From Kiritimatiellota bacterium (GTDB lineage: Bacteria > Verrucomicrobiota > Kiritimatiellia > RFP12 > UBA1067): a DNA stretch of 63,672 nt. Of the stretch, positions 44,029 to 53,880 are shown in pieces. How positions within the stretch are numbered: position 1 is the first letter of the stretch; every line of letters starts with the position of its first letter. The DNA lies in NCBI GenBank assembly GCA_009778475.1, contig WRJS01000003.1:1-63672 (forward strand), read 5' to 3'. The position numbers were made by a program, and so were the translations under genes. The notes under the pieces were generated by a model. That model did no database searches. It saw only the letters and a program-made list of their open reading frames with translations, and had not been told where the DNA came from.

Positions 44029-45714
44029 TTAATCCCTTCTCCTCATCCGCAAGGCGGCGAACACGACGAGCGCGAGCGCCAGCGCGATCAGGCACAGCGT
44101 CGCGAGCGTCAGCACGCCGCCGTCCGCGAAACCGCCCGCGCGCCACTTCGTGATGTTCTGCCAGAACAGGTTCATCAGTGCCAGCCCGCTCACGGTAATC
44201 ATGAAAACCATCGGCAGGAAGGCGATGAGCCCCCGCTTGCCATTCCGTACAAGCCAGAGGGTCACGCCGAGTAGCGCGAGCGCGGCCAGCAGCTGGTTGG
44301 CGGAGGCGAAGAGCGGCCACAGGCCTTTCGCCCCGGCGCTGAACACGAGCGCGGCGGACACGGCGACCGCCACGCCCGTGGCGGTGTAGCTGTTGGCGAA
44401 TACGCTGCGCAGGCGGGCGCGGTCGGGGACCTCGCCCCCGCCGCGCGGCAGGAGCAGCTCCTGCCATGTGAACCGCGCCAAGCGCGTGGCGGTGTCGAGC
44501 GTCGTCATCAGGAACGCCGCCAGCGCGAGCGACACGAAGACCACGCCGGCCTCCAGCGGGACGCCGAGCCTCACGCTGAACCCGGCCAGCCCGCGCGCGA
44601 AGAGCGACACCTCGGACTGCGCCTTTAGCGCGTCGGCGTATTCGCCCTGCGTCATCCATGCGACGGCGATGAGCGCGACCAGCGCGAGCAGCCCCTCCAC
44701 CAGCATCCCGCCGTAGGCGACGGGGCGCAGGTGCCGCTCGCTCGCGACCTGCTTCGCCGTCGTGCCGGAGGCGACCAGCGCATGGAAGCCCGAGCACGCC
44801 CCGCACGCGATTGTCACGAACAGCATCGGCAGCACGGGGTCGGTGAGGCCGCTCCTGGGGTTCGCCACGCGCCACCCCGCGAAGGCGGGGAGGTTGACGG
44901 CCGGGGCGGCAACGAATATCCCCGCCACGCCCAGCGCGATCATCACGTAGAGCAGGTACGAGTTCAGGTAGTCGCGCGGCTGGAGCAGCATCCAGACGGG
45001 CAGCACCGACGCCGCGAAACAGTACGCCAGCAGCACCACCGTCCACACGCCCCGTGCGCTCTCCGGCGTGAGCCCGAACCGCGCGAGGTCCAGCGGCCAG
45101 CGCGTCCCGAGCCATACGCCCCCGAACATCAGTGGCACGAACACCGCCGAGGCCAGCACAAAGTTGATGCCCTTGCGGTACACCAGCGTCCCGAACACCG
45201 CCGCCAGCGCGATGAACAGCAGCGAGGCTGTCGCGACGGCGGGCGCGGACACGAACGTCCCCGCCACGAGGATGGTGAACTGCGCGATGACGAGGATCAG
45301 CGTCGCGAGGCAGAAGAGCAGGAACAGCACGCGCCCCCAGTAACCCATCAGCGACTCGATGATCGTGCCGATGGAGCGCCCTTGGTTGCGGACGGAGAGG
45401 AACAGCACGGCGAAGTCATGCACCGCGCCGATGAACGCGCACCCCAGCACGACCCACAGCGCGACCGCCAGCCACCCGAACTGCGCCGCCAGCACCGGCC
45501 CGACAATCGGCCCTGCCCCGGCGATGCTGGCGAAGTGATGGCCAAACAAAATGGAAGGGCGCGTCGGCACATAGTCAACGTCGTCGCGGAGCGTGTGCGC
45601 AGGGGTCTCGCGCACCGTGTCGATGCCCAGCACGCGCCCGACGAAACGCCCGTACAGCACATACGCCGCCGCCAACAAACCTCCGCCCGCAATCAGCAAT
45701 AGCGCACCATTCAT
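44029..45714 (-). CDS. cstA: Carbon starvation protein A (peptide/pyruvate transporter family)
   Basis: N-terminal YGRFV...DVDYVPT....LFGHHFASIAGAGPIVGP is the CstA signature. It is a polytopic membrane protein of 561 aa. Confidence 0.9.
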   Translation of the reverse strand: MNGALLLIAGGGLLAAAYVLYGRFVGRVLGIDTVRETPAHTLRDDVDYVPTRPSILFGHHFASIAGAGPIVGPVLAAQFGWLAVALWVVLGCAFIGAVHDFAVLFLSVRNQGRSIGTIIESLMGYWGRVLFLLFCLATLILVIAQFTILVAGTFVSAPAVATASLLFIALAAVFGTLVYRKGINFVLASAVFVPLMFGGVWLGTRWPLDLARFGLTPESARGVWTVVLLAYCFAASVLPVWMLLQPRDYLNSYLLYVMIALGVAGIFVAAPAVNLPAFAGWRVANPRSGLTDPVLPMLFVTIACGACSGFHALVASGTTAKQVASERHLRPVAYGGMLVEGLLALVALIAVAWMTQGEYADALKAQSEVSLFARGLAGFSVRLGVPLEAGVVFVSLALAAFLMTTLDTATRLARFTWQELLLPRGGGEVPDRARLRSVFANSYTATGVAVAVSAALVFSAGAKGLWPLFASANQLLAALALLGVTLWLVRNGKRGLIAFLPMVFMITVSGLALMNLFWQNITKWRAGGFADGGVLTLATLCLIALALALVVFAALRMRRRD

Positions 45715-45861
45715 TTTGTAATCCTGTTAGTCCTGCCTCGCGCAGAGGCGCAGAGACGTAGTTTTTTGCGGAGAAAAATCATCATGCAAAATCCCTGCGC
45801 CTTTGCGTCTCTGCGCGAAAATAATCCTGTTGTGGTAAAAAGGTCATCTGCGTGCTTTCCG

Positions 45862-48471
45862 TTACTGCGGCAGCCTGAACATCCGCTTCTTGCCGCCGTC
45901 CACGTAATACACGGACGGGAGGATCGCGCCGTCGGCGTCGCGGGGCAGGCGCGCATCCTGGGAATCGAAATCGTCTTGGCAGAAGGCGCGGTGGATGCGC
46001 GGGGCGGTCTTCATCAGCGGGGCGTGGGTCAGACCCGCGTAGTTGGGGTGGCGCAGGTAGGCGGCGGCGTCGGGGGCATCGCGCTGGAGAATCTCCTCCT
46101 CGCCGATGTAGGGGCAGTGCGCGTCCACCCACGCGACGAGCCGCGCCTCTTCCTCGGGCGTGACCTTCACGTCGTTGTGCTTGCCGGAGGTGGCCTTGGC
46201 GATGAGGCGGCTCTTGTACGACATCGCGGTCATGGGCGGCGGCACGGTGTCGCGCGTGGGGACTTTCCAGTCGGGGTTCGGATAAACGTAGTACGGGAAG
46301 AGCGGCCCGGCGATGGAGGTCTTGGGGTAGTCGTCAACCGTCTTGGGGTTCTTGCCGAACACCATCAGCACATAGGGCCAGCTGATCTGCGAGTTGCCCT
46401 CGTAGCGCTTCGTGAAATCCATCTCGCCTGCGGGCTCCTTACCGCTGTGGCAGGTGACGCAATGCTTGTCCAGCACGGGCTGCACGAAGCGGTCGAAGCC
46501 GATGGTCTCGTCGCCCCACGCGGGCGGCGCGGGCCTGCTGGGCGGGCGCCGCATGGCGAGGGAGTCGCGCTGCTGCGCGGGCGGGAGGATTTGCGTCTCG
46601 TGGCAGCCGACGCACCCGCGCACCTCGCCGGGCATGACGTGCGTGATGGAGCGCATGGTCTGGAGGCACCGCCCGCGCTCGTCGAGCAACTGGAAGAAGA
46701 TGGGGCGCACGGGCGGTATCGCGAAATGCACGCTCCCGTCCGCCTCCACCGGCACCGTGCCGATGACGCGCTTGACGCCCTCGTCATAGACCAGCGACAT
46801 CGCGGGCGAGCCGGGGATCATCCACCCTTGCGTCGGGTATGCGCCGAGCTTGCGGTACGGCTCGGACTGGTCCATCGTCGTGCGGTTGCCGAAGCAGTCG
46901 CCGAACACGACGGGGTCCACCTCCATCACGCGCACGGCCTTGGCCATGCCGCGCGGGATCGTTGTGCCCTCATACACGTCCGCGCTATAGACCACGCCCC
47001 ATTCGGGCTCATGGCCGGGCCCCTTCATCTTGCCCTGCCACTTCACCTGCGAGTGGATGACGGGCGGCGCCTCGCGCGGCTGGAGGGGCTGCGCGAAGAA
47101 GATGTTGTAGGCGCCCGCATAGACGAGCTCCATGTTGCCGTCGTAGTCCATCAGGAAGAGCTTGAACCAGCCGGGCTCCTTGTCGCGCTCCAGCACGAAA
47201 TCCGTCCCGCGCCGCGCCGACACCAGCAGCAGGTCGCGCGCGAACGGGTACGCCGTCTGGAACGCCTTGTAGCACGGCGGCGCGGTGAACATCGCCTGAT
47301 GCGGCACGTCCTTGGGACCATGCCCGACCTCCGCCCACGGCACGGATGGCGTGAGGTTCTCGATGCCGTCGGGGTAGTTCATGCCCTTGCTCGCGTCGAT
47401 GAGCGCCAACGCGCCGTCGTACATCTGGTGATGCCCCGGCGTGTCGCACAGCACCTGCAGCGTGCCGGGGCGCGGCCGCGCGTTCACCTGCATATCCGGC
47501 CAGTAGCTCTGGTTGCCCCAGTACGCGCTGATGGCCGTGCCGTCGGGGTTCATCGTCCAGAGGCTCTGGACGCGGTTCACCTCGCGGTCGATGTACTCCC
47601 AGCGCGTGAACAGCAGCCGCCCGTCCGGCATCAGCACGGGCGTGTAGTCCGTCTCGTTGTTCGCGCTGATGAAGTAGATGTTACGGCCGTCCATGTCGCA
47701 CCGCGCCAGCACGAACATCCTGAACTTCGAGTCCCCGCAGCGCAGGTACTGGTTGCACCGCGACGTGGAGAACACGATATGCCCGTCCGGCGTGTAGATC
47801 GGGTCGAGGTCGTTGTACAGCCCACTCGTGATCTGCCGCAGGCCGCCCCCGTCGATGCCGATCTCGTAGAGGTTGTACGTCGGCCCGTCCTCCGGCTTCA
47901 TGCAGAACAGCACGCGCGTCGCGTCGAACGAAAGGTCCGGCCGCATGAACGCCCCGCGCACGCCCGACGGCGCGAGCTTGCGTACCGGCGCGTCCGGCGA
48001 CAGCCCCTCCACCACCAGCAGCCGCCCCCCCGGCGTGGCCGTGTTCTCCGTGCGGTGACGCGCCTGATGCACCGCCTCCGAGCCGTGCGTGTACGGGTTG
48101 TCCGTCAGCAGCAGCGACGTGAAATCAATCTGCGGGTCGGCGAACATCAGCCGCCGCTTCATCTCGCGGATTTTCAGGTACAGCGCATCGCCCGGCATCT
48201 CCGAATTCAGCGCATCCAACTCCGCGCGCGCGCCGCCGCCCTGCCGTTGAAGGATACGCTCCACCCGCCGCAACTCATCCGCGCACGCCAGCGCGATGTC
48301 CGTGCCGCCGCGTTGCGCGGCCCACTCCTCCCGCACCAGCCGCGCCGCCTCCTCCGCAGACAGCCGCGCCGTCGGCGGCTCCGGGAACGCCGCCGGCCCG
48401 AACGTCGCGCCCCGCGCCGCCCACGCGCCCGCCAGCACCGCCGCCATGAAAAACATCCTCATCCTTTTCAT
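45862..48471 (-). CDS. Secreted beta-propeller protein with two CxxCH motifs (paralogue 3)
   Basis: ATG 48471 gives MKRMRMFFMAAVLAGAWAARG. It has propeller blades (LYEIGIDGGGLRQIT, TRWEYIDRE), plus CVGCHE and VQPVLDKHCVTCHSG. It lacks the extra N-terminal binding module seen in paralogues 1 and 2. Confidence 0.7.
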   Translation of the reverse strand: MKRMRMFFMAAVLAGAWAARGATFGPAAFPEPPTARLSAEEAARLVREEWAAQRGGTDIALACADELRRVERILQRQGGGARAELDALNSEMPGDALYLKIREMKRRLMFADPQIDFTSLLLTDNPYTHGSEAVHQARHRTENTATPGGRLLVVEGLSPDAPVRKLAPSGVRGAFMRPDLSFDATRVLFCMKPEDGPTYNLYEIGIDGGGLRQITSGLYNDLDPIYTPDGHIVFSTSRCNQYLRCGDSKFRMFVLARCDMDGRNIYFISANNETDYTPVLMPDGRLLFTRWEYIDREVNRVQSLWTMNPDGTAISAYWGNQSYWPDMQVNARPRPGTLQVLCDTPGHHQMYDGALALIDASKGMNYPDGIENLTPSVPWAEVGHGPKDVPHQAMFTAPPCYKAFQTAYPFARDLLLVSARRGTDFVLERDKEPGWFKLFLMDYDGNMELVYAGAYNIFFAQPLQPREAPPVIHSQVKWQGKMKGPGHEPEWGVVYSADVYEGTTIPRGMAKAVRVMEVDPVVFGDCFGNRTTMDQSEPYRKLGAYPTQGWMIPGSPAMSLVYDEGVKRVIGTVPVEADGSVHFAIPPVRPIFFQLLDERGRCLQTMRSITHVMPGEVRGCVGCHETQILPPAQQRDSLAMRRPPSRPAPPAWGDETIGFDRFVQPVLDKHCVTCHSGKEPAGEMDFTKRYEGNSQISWPYVLMVFGKNPKTVDDYPKTSIAGPLFPYYVYPNPDWKVPTRDTVPPPMTAMSYKSRLIAKATSGKHNDVKVTPEEEARLVAWVDAHCPYIGEEEILQRDAPDAAAYLRHPNYAGLTHAPLMKTAPRIHRAFCQDDFDSQDARLPRDADGAILPSVYYVDGGKKRMFRLPQ

Positions 48472-48861
48472 CCTGTCCCCTCCAGCAATTAAAGCGTCCA
48501 GTATAACGCCTCCCGCCAACCGTTTCAAGCCCTTGTTGAGAGGATTATCCCCATCCTCGACTTTGGGTGTCATAAATGTCGTCTATTGCCCGTCTTCCCA
48601 CGTCCTCCCGTGGTCCTGTTGAAGGTCTCCCGTCCGGGACTTGAAAGTAACGGATTCATGTCGTTGTGAATTGTGACCTTCCCGACTCTCGATTGAATCT
48701 CGGGGTTGAGGACAGGCCTATTGGAGTCATTTAAGGTGAAGTTGTCACAGCCATCTCTGAAAACGCCGAAGGTGTGTAACATGCGGGGCAACTATTTCCC
48801 GAGGAGGTCTAGTAAAACGGTCTTGAGCCTTGCGGTTTTAGGACACGTCTAATATATGCCC

Positions 48862-48956
48862 GAAAAGAAAAAATGCTCTTGACGGGTGACGGCGGTCGGC
48901 AGTATAGTTGTCGTGCTTTTAAGGACGAAGAGCGTTGTTTCCGGAAGTTGTTAAAA
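48862..48956 (+). promoter_or_regulatory. Repeat-borne sigma70-like promoter module, copy 2
   Basis: A-rich tract 48862-48874, TTGACG 48879-48884, 18-nt spacer, TATAGT 48903-48908, then the conserved leader and hairpin tttccgg(48938-48944)/ccggaaa(48957-48963). It points toward the Dus gene about 280 nt away. Confidence 0.45.
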
Positions 48957-49232
48957 CCGGAAATTTGTGAATAAGCGGTTAGAAATGGGAATGGCGGGTA
49001 AGGTCCGGGAGCGCAAGGCTTCCGCCTTGCAATGCGTCCATTATTGTGCAAGGCGGAAGCCTTGCGTTCCCGGCCTTGCTCCCGGCACCCTGCGAAGGTA
49101 ATCCTGTAAAATCCTCTAAAATCCTGTTAATCCTGTCAAAAAAAATCTCCGCGCCTCTGCGCGAAAACAACCCTCACTACTTTACTTCCGTCTTGCCCCG
49201 CCGTGCCTTCGTGTGTGATAATACCCCGCGTT

Positions 49233-50174
49233 ATGAAAGATACGATATGCCTTGCGCCGTTGCGCGGCGTGACGGTGCGGACGTTCCGCAACCTTCACGC
49301 GAAGTGGTTCCTGCCGCCCGATTGCGCGGTGGCGCCGTTCATCGCCACGGCCGCGGGGGTGAAGGTCAAGCCGTCGCTGCTGCGCGACATCGACCCCGCG
49401 CTCGGGCAGACCATCCCCGTCGTGCCGCAGGTCATCGGCAAGGACACGGGGCAGCTGCGCACGCTGCTCCGCGCGTTCAGGGGCATGGGCTACACCCGCG
49501 CGGACTTGAACGCGGGATGCCCGTGGCCGTTCGTCGTGAAGAAGGGGCGCGGCGCAGGGCTGATGCGCAACACGGCCGCCTTCGCCGCGATGCTGGAGGC
49601 GGGGTGCGAGGAGATGCCGGAAGGGTTCTCCGTGAAAGTCCGCCTCGGCATCGACTCCCCTGACCTCTTGGCGGAGCGCATGGACATCATCAACGCGTTC
49701 CCCTTGCGCGAGGTCGCCATCCACGCGCGGACGGCGAAACAGATGTATGAGGGGGGCGTGTTGCTCGACGGCTTCGCCGCCGCCGCCGCGCGGTGCCGGC
49801 ACCCTGTCGTTTACAACGGCGACATCCGCACGCGCGATGATTTCCACGCGATGACCGCGCGTTTCCCGAACATCAGCCGCTGGATGATCGGGCGCGGCCT
49901 TGCGATGAACCCGTTCCTCATCGAGGACATCCGCAACGGTGTCCCGCCCGTGCGCGACATGAGCCGCCTGAACGCGTTTCTGGACGATTACCTCGCGGCT
50001 TGCGAGCGCGAGCTGCACGGCCCCGCCGCCGTGCTGGGGCGCATGAAAGAGTTGTGGAGCTACCTCCACGCCCTCTTCCCCCTCGGCGGGCGCCTCTGGG
50101 ACGCCATCAAAATCTGCCGTACCCTTGATGAATATCGGCGCGTCGCGGGGGAAGGGATAATAATTAGAAATTAG
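49233..50174 (+). CDS. tRNA-dihydrouridine synthase (Dus family)
   Basis: LAPLRGVT near the N-terminus, DLNAGCP, VKVRLG, HARTA and the NGDI pattern typical of Dus flavoenzymes. GTG 49203 is an alternative start. Confidence 0.8.
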   Translation: MKDTICLAPLRGVTVRTFRNLHAKWFLPPDCAVAPFIATAAGVKVKPSLLRDIDPALGQTIPVVPQVIGKDTGQLRTLLRAFRGMGYTRADLNAGCPWPFVVKKGRGAGLMRNTAAFAAMLEAGCEEMPEGFSVKVRLGIDSPDLLAERMDIINAFPLREVAIHARTAKQMYEGGVLLDGFAAAAARCRHPVVYNGDIRTRDDFHAMTARFPNISRWMIGRGLAMNPFLIEDIRNGVPPVRDMSRLNAFLDDYLAACERELHGPAAVLGRMKELWSYLHALFPLGGRLWDAIKICRTLDEYRRVAGEGIIIRN

Positions 50175-50210
50175 AAATTAGAAATTAGGAATTAGGAATT
50201 GGGAATTGGA
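50162..50210. repeat. Seven tandem heptamers AATTAGA/AATTAGG/AATTGGG
   Basis: aattaga x3, aattagg x2, aattggg, aattgga. The array supplies the last codons and the TAG stop (50172-50174) of the Dus gene. Confidence 0.95.
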
Positions 50211-50384
50211 TGGTGGGGGACGAAGGGGAGGAACACCTACGCACGTGTTGTCGTAGTTTAACGTGATGATGTTCGCGCTTCTTGTGGACCACCCCGCCAA
50301 CTAGATGCACGCTCACTTTCACATTGCATCAGTAACCCCGCTGTGTTACCCTGTACCCATCATTTCATAACAGAGAGGTTTGCC

Positions 50385-51410
50385 ATGTCAGGAACAGTCA
50401 ACACACTTGAAGGGTTTTCGCACTCCTACCAGAGCGCCTGCATCATCGGCGCGGCGGCGGAACTGGATTTGTTCACGCCGCTCATCCGCTCGCCAATGAC
50501 AGCGGCGGGGCTCGCCGCGCAACGCGAAACCGATCTCCGCGCAACCGTCATGCTCCTCGACGCGCTGGCCGCGCTGGGCGTCCTGCGCAAGTCGGGCGAC
50601 GCGGAAGCGGTTTACAGCGTGCAGGACGCCTACCGCGAACTGCTCGACATCGACCACCCGAAAACCTACATCCCCATGCTGCGCCACCGCCTCACCTGCG
50701 TCCGCCAGTGGGCCGACCTGGCGCGCGTCCTGCGCTCGGGCAAACCGGCCGCGCGTGCGCCGGGCATCCTCGGGGCCGCCGAGGATTACCGCTCGTTCGT
50801 GCTGGCCATGCATTCGATCGGCATCGCGGTTGCCCCTGATGTCGTCGATTCGCTCGAACAGGCTGGATGCCTCCGCTTCCGCCACCTGCTGGATGTCGGC
50901 GGCGCGTCGGGGACGTACACGCTGGAAATGCTCAGCCGCCTGCCCGGCGCGGCCGCGACCATCTTCGACCTGCCGCCCGCAATCGAGGAGGCACGGCGGC
51001 GTTTCGCCGGGACGGCGTTCGAGCCGCGCATCCGCCTCGCGGCGGGAAACTTCGACACGGACGAACTGCCGACGGGGTGCGACTTCGCATGGGTCAGCGC
51101 GATCATCCACCAGTTTGGCCGCGAGCAGGCGCGCGCGCTGTACGCGAAAATCCGCCGCGCCCTCGACCCCGGCGGGATGATTGCCGTGCGCGACTTCGTC
51201 ATGCAGCCAGACCGCACCGCGCCGTTCGACGGCGCGATGTTCGCCATCAATATGCTCTCGGCGACACCGTGCGGCATGTGCTACACCTACGACGAGATCA
51301 AGGAAGACCTTGAAGCGTCTGGCTTCACCAACATCCGCCACGCCGTGCCAGCCGACACCATGGGCGCGATTGTCACGGCAGAACACGCAGGGCGTTGCCC
51401 TGCGCCATAG
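50385..51410 (+). CDS. Class I SAM-dependent methyltransferase (O-methyltransferase family-2-like)
   Basis: The N-terminal winged-helix/dimerisation-like part is followed by LLDVGGASGTYTLEML (SAM motif I) and a downstream acidic loop. Confidence 0.7.
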   Translation: MSGTVNTLEGFSHSYQSACIIGAAAELDLFTPLIRSPMTAAGLAAQRETDLRATVMLLDALAALGVLRKSGDAEAVYSVQDAYRELLDIDHPKTYIPMLRHRLTCVRQWADLARVLRSGKPAARAPGILGAAEDYRSFVLAMHSIGIAVAPDVVDSLEQAGCLRFRHLLDVGGASGTYTLEMLSRLPGAAATIFDLPPAIEEARRRFAGTAFEPRIRLAAGNFDTDELPTGCDFAWVSAIIHQFGREQARALYAKIRRALDPGGMIAVRDFVMQPDRTAPFDGAMFAINMLSATPCGMCYTYDEIKEDLEASGFTNIRHAVPADTMGAIVTAEHAGRCPAP

Positions 51411-51562
51411 TCGTTTAACGCGATATTGTTACATTCTCCCCAAGCAATGGCGGCAAGATGCGTCGCTACCCTTATGTCGTGCGCCATGAAGCTTTTACCG
51501 CCGCCGCCTGAATCACCGGCCCCTTTTGCTTGCCATTCGCCAAAGGAAAAACCGCGCGAAAC

Positions 51563-52645
51563 TCATTTTTTGTTGCGCGCGCGAAAACGCCCCATCGCGT
51601 CGGAGATGTCGAGCGTGAACAGGTGCGGGTCGCGCCAGCGCAGGTGCCATATCCCTGTGCAGAGGCGGTCCTGCGCGGGGCTGTAGGTGAACGCGTGCAC
51701 CACCTGCCCCGCAGGGTCGAAGCGGTACAGCCGCAGCCAGTCCTCCTTGTCCGCCGGGACGGGGTAGTTCGCCATCACCTCATGCACCACGTTCCCGTGC
51801 GCCCCCCTGCTCTCCTGCCGCAGCGCCATGACGGACGCCTGATCGCCCGAGACGACGAGGAACACGTTCTCGTGCTTCGAGAAACACTTCTCCCACATTT
51901 CCTGCGGCGTGTTGCCGCCCGGGATTTTCGCCCAGCGCATCCGCCCGAACGCCTGCCCGTCGTCCCCCAGCGCGTCGCGCCCCATGACGGGCCCGAGGTA
52001 CATGTGCGCCACGATGATCGCCATGCGCCGGAGGTTCCGCTCCAGCACCCCGTCCGCCCATGCCAGCACCTCGTCCGGCGTGTTGCACTCCAGGTGCAGG
52101 ACGACGAAATCCAGCCCCCCCGCCGAGAACGTCTGCCAGCTGTTCGCGTTGTCCCCCGACAAGACCTCCCCGCCGACCCTCCGCCCGCCGTAGGCGCCGC
52201 CGTACCACGCGAAGGGCTCGAACTGCGCCGCCCCGAAAAATTTCTGATAACGCGCCATGTCACGCGCCGCGGTCATGTCGTGGTTCCCCGGCGCGATGCC
52301 GTACGGCACGCGCCCGTGGAACCGCGCGAACAGGTCGTGCGCCAGCTTGTAATGCGCCGCCGTGTTCTTGTCCGCCAAGTCCCCCGCGTGCGTGACGAAG
52401 GCGATGCGCTGCTCATCGAGGTTGGCGGCCAGCCACGTCACCTGCGAGACGAGCGGCGCGTTCGTCAGCGGCCGCTCGCCGTCGCCGCCCGAATAGCGGT
52501 GCGAGTCCGAGAACACCGCGTAGGTGAACGTCCCCTCGGGCGCGGGCTCCAGCCGCTCCTGCGCACAGCACGCCAGCGCCAGCACAACCCCTGCCGCAAA
52601 GACGCGCGCGCGCCGCAAAAAACTTTGAGAGTATCCGGCCTTCAT
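51563..52645 (-). CDS. Secreted metallophosphoesterase
   Basis: Calcineurin-like motifs FSDSH, GDLAD, GNHD and VVLHLE...H. The N-terminal hydrophobic segment ends in a lipobox-like LALACC. Confidence 0.75.
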   Translation of the reverse strand: MKAGYSQSFLRRARVFAAGVVLALACCAQERLEPAPEGTFTYAVFSDSHRYSGGDGERPLTNAPLVSQVTWLAANLDEQRIAFVTHAGDLADKNTAAHYKLAHDLFARFHGRVPYGIAPGNHDMTAARDMARYQKFFGAAQFEPFAWYGGAYGGRRVGGEVLSGDNANSWQTFSAGGLDFVVLHLECNTPDEVLAWADGVLERNLRRMAIIVAHMYLGPVMGRDALGDDGQAFGRMRWAKIPGGNTPQEMWEKCFSKHENVFLVVSGDQASVMALRQESRGAHGNVVHEVMANYPVPADKEDWLRLYRFDPAGQVVHAFTYSPAQDRLCTGIWHLRWRDPHLFTLDISDAMGRFRARNKK

Positions 52646-52816
52646 ACGATCCTACCGTTCCATCGCCCACAGAACACAACGCATTCCGAATGCGCATAAC
52701 GTACCAAAGCCCGCCGCCCCATGACAAGCCAAAATCGCATCGGCGATTCGAGTCGCGCTTCAAACGCCGCCGCCCCGCCTAAAAGCTTGCTGCCGGGCGG
52801 GTATCCGGCACCTCCA

Positions 52817-53584
52817 TTATTGCGGGTTCGCAATGCCATCGGGGGTCAGATAGACGAGGGGGGCATGGCCTTCGACGGTCGTCTGGAATGCCTGCTCCAG
52901 ATAAACGACTCGCGTGACGGCATGTTTCTGGGTGGATTTGAAAATGGCTCCGCCTTTCCTGACCATGACAAAACCCGTGTTTGAGAATGGGGTGTCATAT
53001 TTCTGCGACCAGCGCAAGGTCTTGTCAAACGCGTCCTCGCCGTTTCGCAAATCCTTGTGGAGAGACGAGCAATCGACGTTCCGCGTGATCAGCACGGGGA
53101 TGATGTCCGCCATCTCGTCGCGGAGATTCCCCGCGATGCACCACATGTTGTTCTCCGGCTGTAGTTTCCCAGGGCCTGCCATTTGAGGAACACCGGCGCC
53201 CGCCAGCCTGGAGTAGTCAAACCACGGGACATACGGCGACTGAACGGGCGTCCCTAGATTCGCGCCGTCATACAGCTTGTAAAAGTAATCCGTGCTGTTG
53301 CCGAATATCTCTCCCGCGATGTCTTCATTGTTACGTTTGTTTCTCTCGCCTTCTTTCAGCTGCGTCTTGGGCCACACGCTCCTGAGCCCCAAAGGCGCGC
53401 GTTCCGTGTTTGCCGCAGTAATCGAGACGAAAATATCCTTTCCGCGCGCAGCGACGGACATCATCTCCGCCTCCAGCGTCCTCACCGCGACGAGCGGGAA
53501 GAGCGTCGAGGAAAAGAGAGCCGTTACCCCCGTCACCACAACCATATCCACCAGCGAAAAACCGCGTTTGCCTCCAGCGTCCAT
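52817..53584 (-). CDS. Prepilin-type N-terminal cleavage/methylation-domain protein (pseudopilin-like)
   Basis: MDAGGKRG/FSLVDMVVVTGVTALF is a class-III signal (G/F cleavage site followed by a hydrophobic helix), but with Asp instead of the usual Glu at +5. The globular part is shared with 32930..34132. Confidence 0.75.
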   Translation of the reverse strand: MDAGGKRGFSLVDMVVVTGVTALFSSTLFPLVAVRTLEAEMMSVAARGKDIFVSITAANTERAPLGLRSVWPKTQLKEGERNKRNNEDIAGEIFGNSTDYFYKLYDGANLGTPVQSPYVPWFDYSRLAGAGVPQMAGPGKLQPENNMWCIAGNLRDEMADIIPVLITRNVDCSSLHKDLRNGEDAFDKTLRWSQKYDTPFSNTGFVMVRKGGAIFKSTQKHAVTRVVYLEQAFQTTVEGHAPLVYLTPDGIANPQ

Positions 53585-53743
53585 TTCAGCCTCCCTTCGT
53601 TCCCGAACAGGGTCCCATTAAACCAAACGGGGCGGGTTTGTTCAAGGGTAAATTTCGGCCGTGCTACTCATGCCGCAATGCGAGCAGGGGGCAAGGTTCG
53701 CCGCCCGAATAGCGGTGCGAGTCCGAGAACACCGTTTTCACGT

Positions 53744-53880
53744 TGGAGGGCGAGCGTCCTCGCGAGCCGTTAGACACATTGCGGCGGCGGCTTCTTGCCC
53801 CATTGGCCGCACGCCGCGCCAATGGGGTCCCCTGTCTCGCCCTCCATATCACGCCATCCCAACAGGGTAATCCCCTACTC
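53744..53880. repeat. Second copy of the interior of element 34377-34528, with a 41-bp insertion
   Basis: tggagggcgagcgtcctcgcgagccgtt[41 nt]gccgcgccaatggggtcccctgtctcgcc.tccatatcacgccatcc.aacagggtaatcc. The right end overlaps the phoR stop. Confidence 0.85.
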
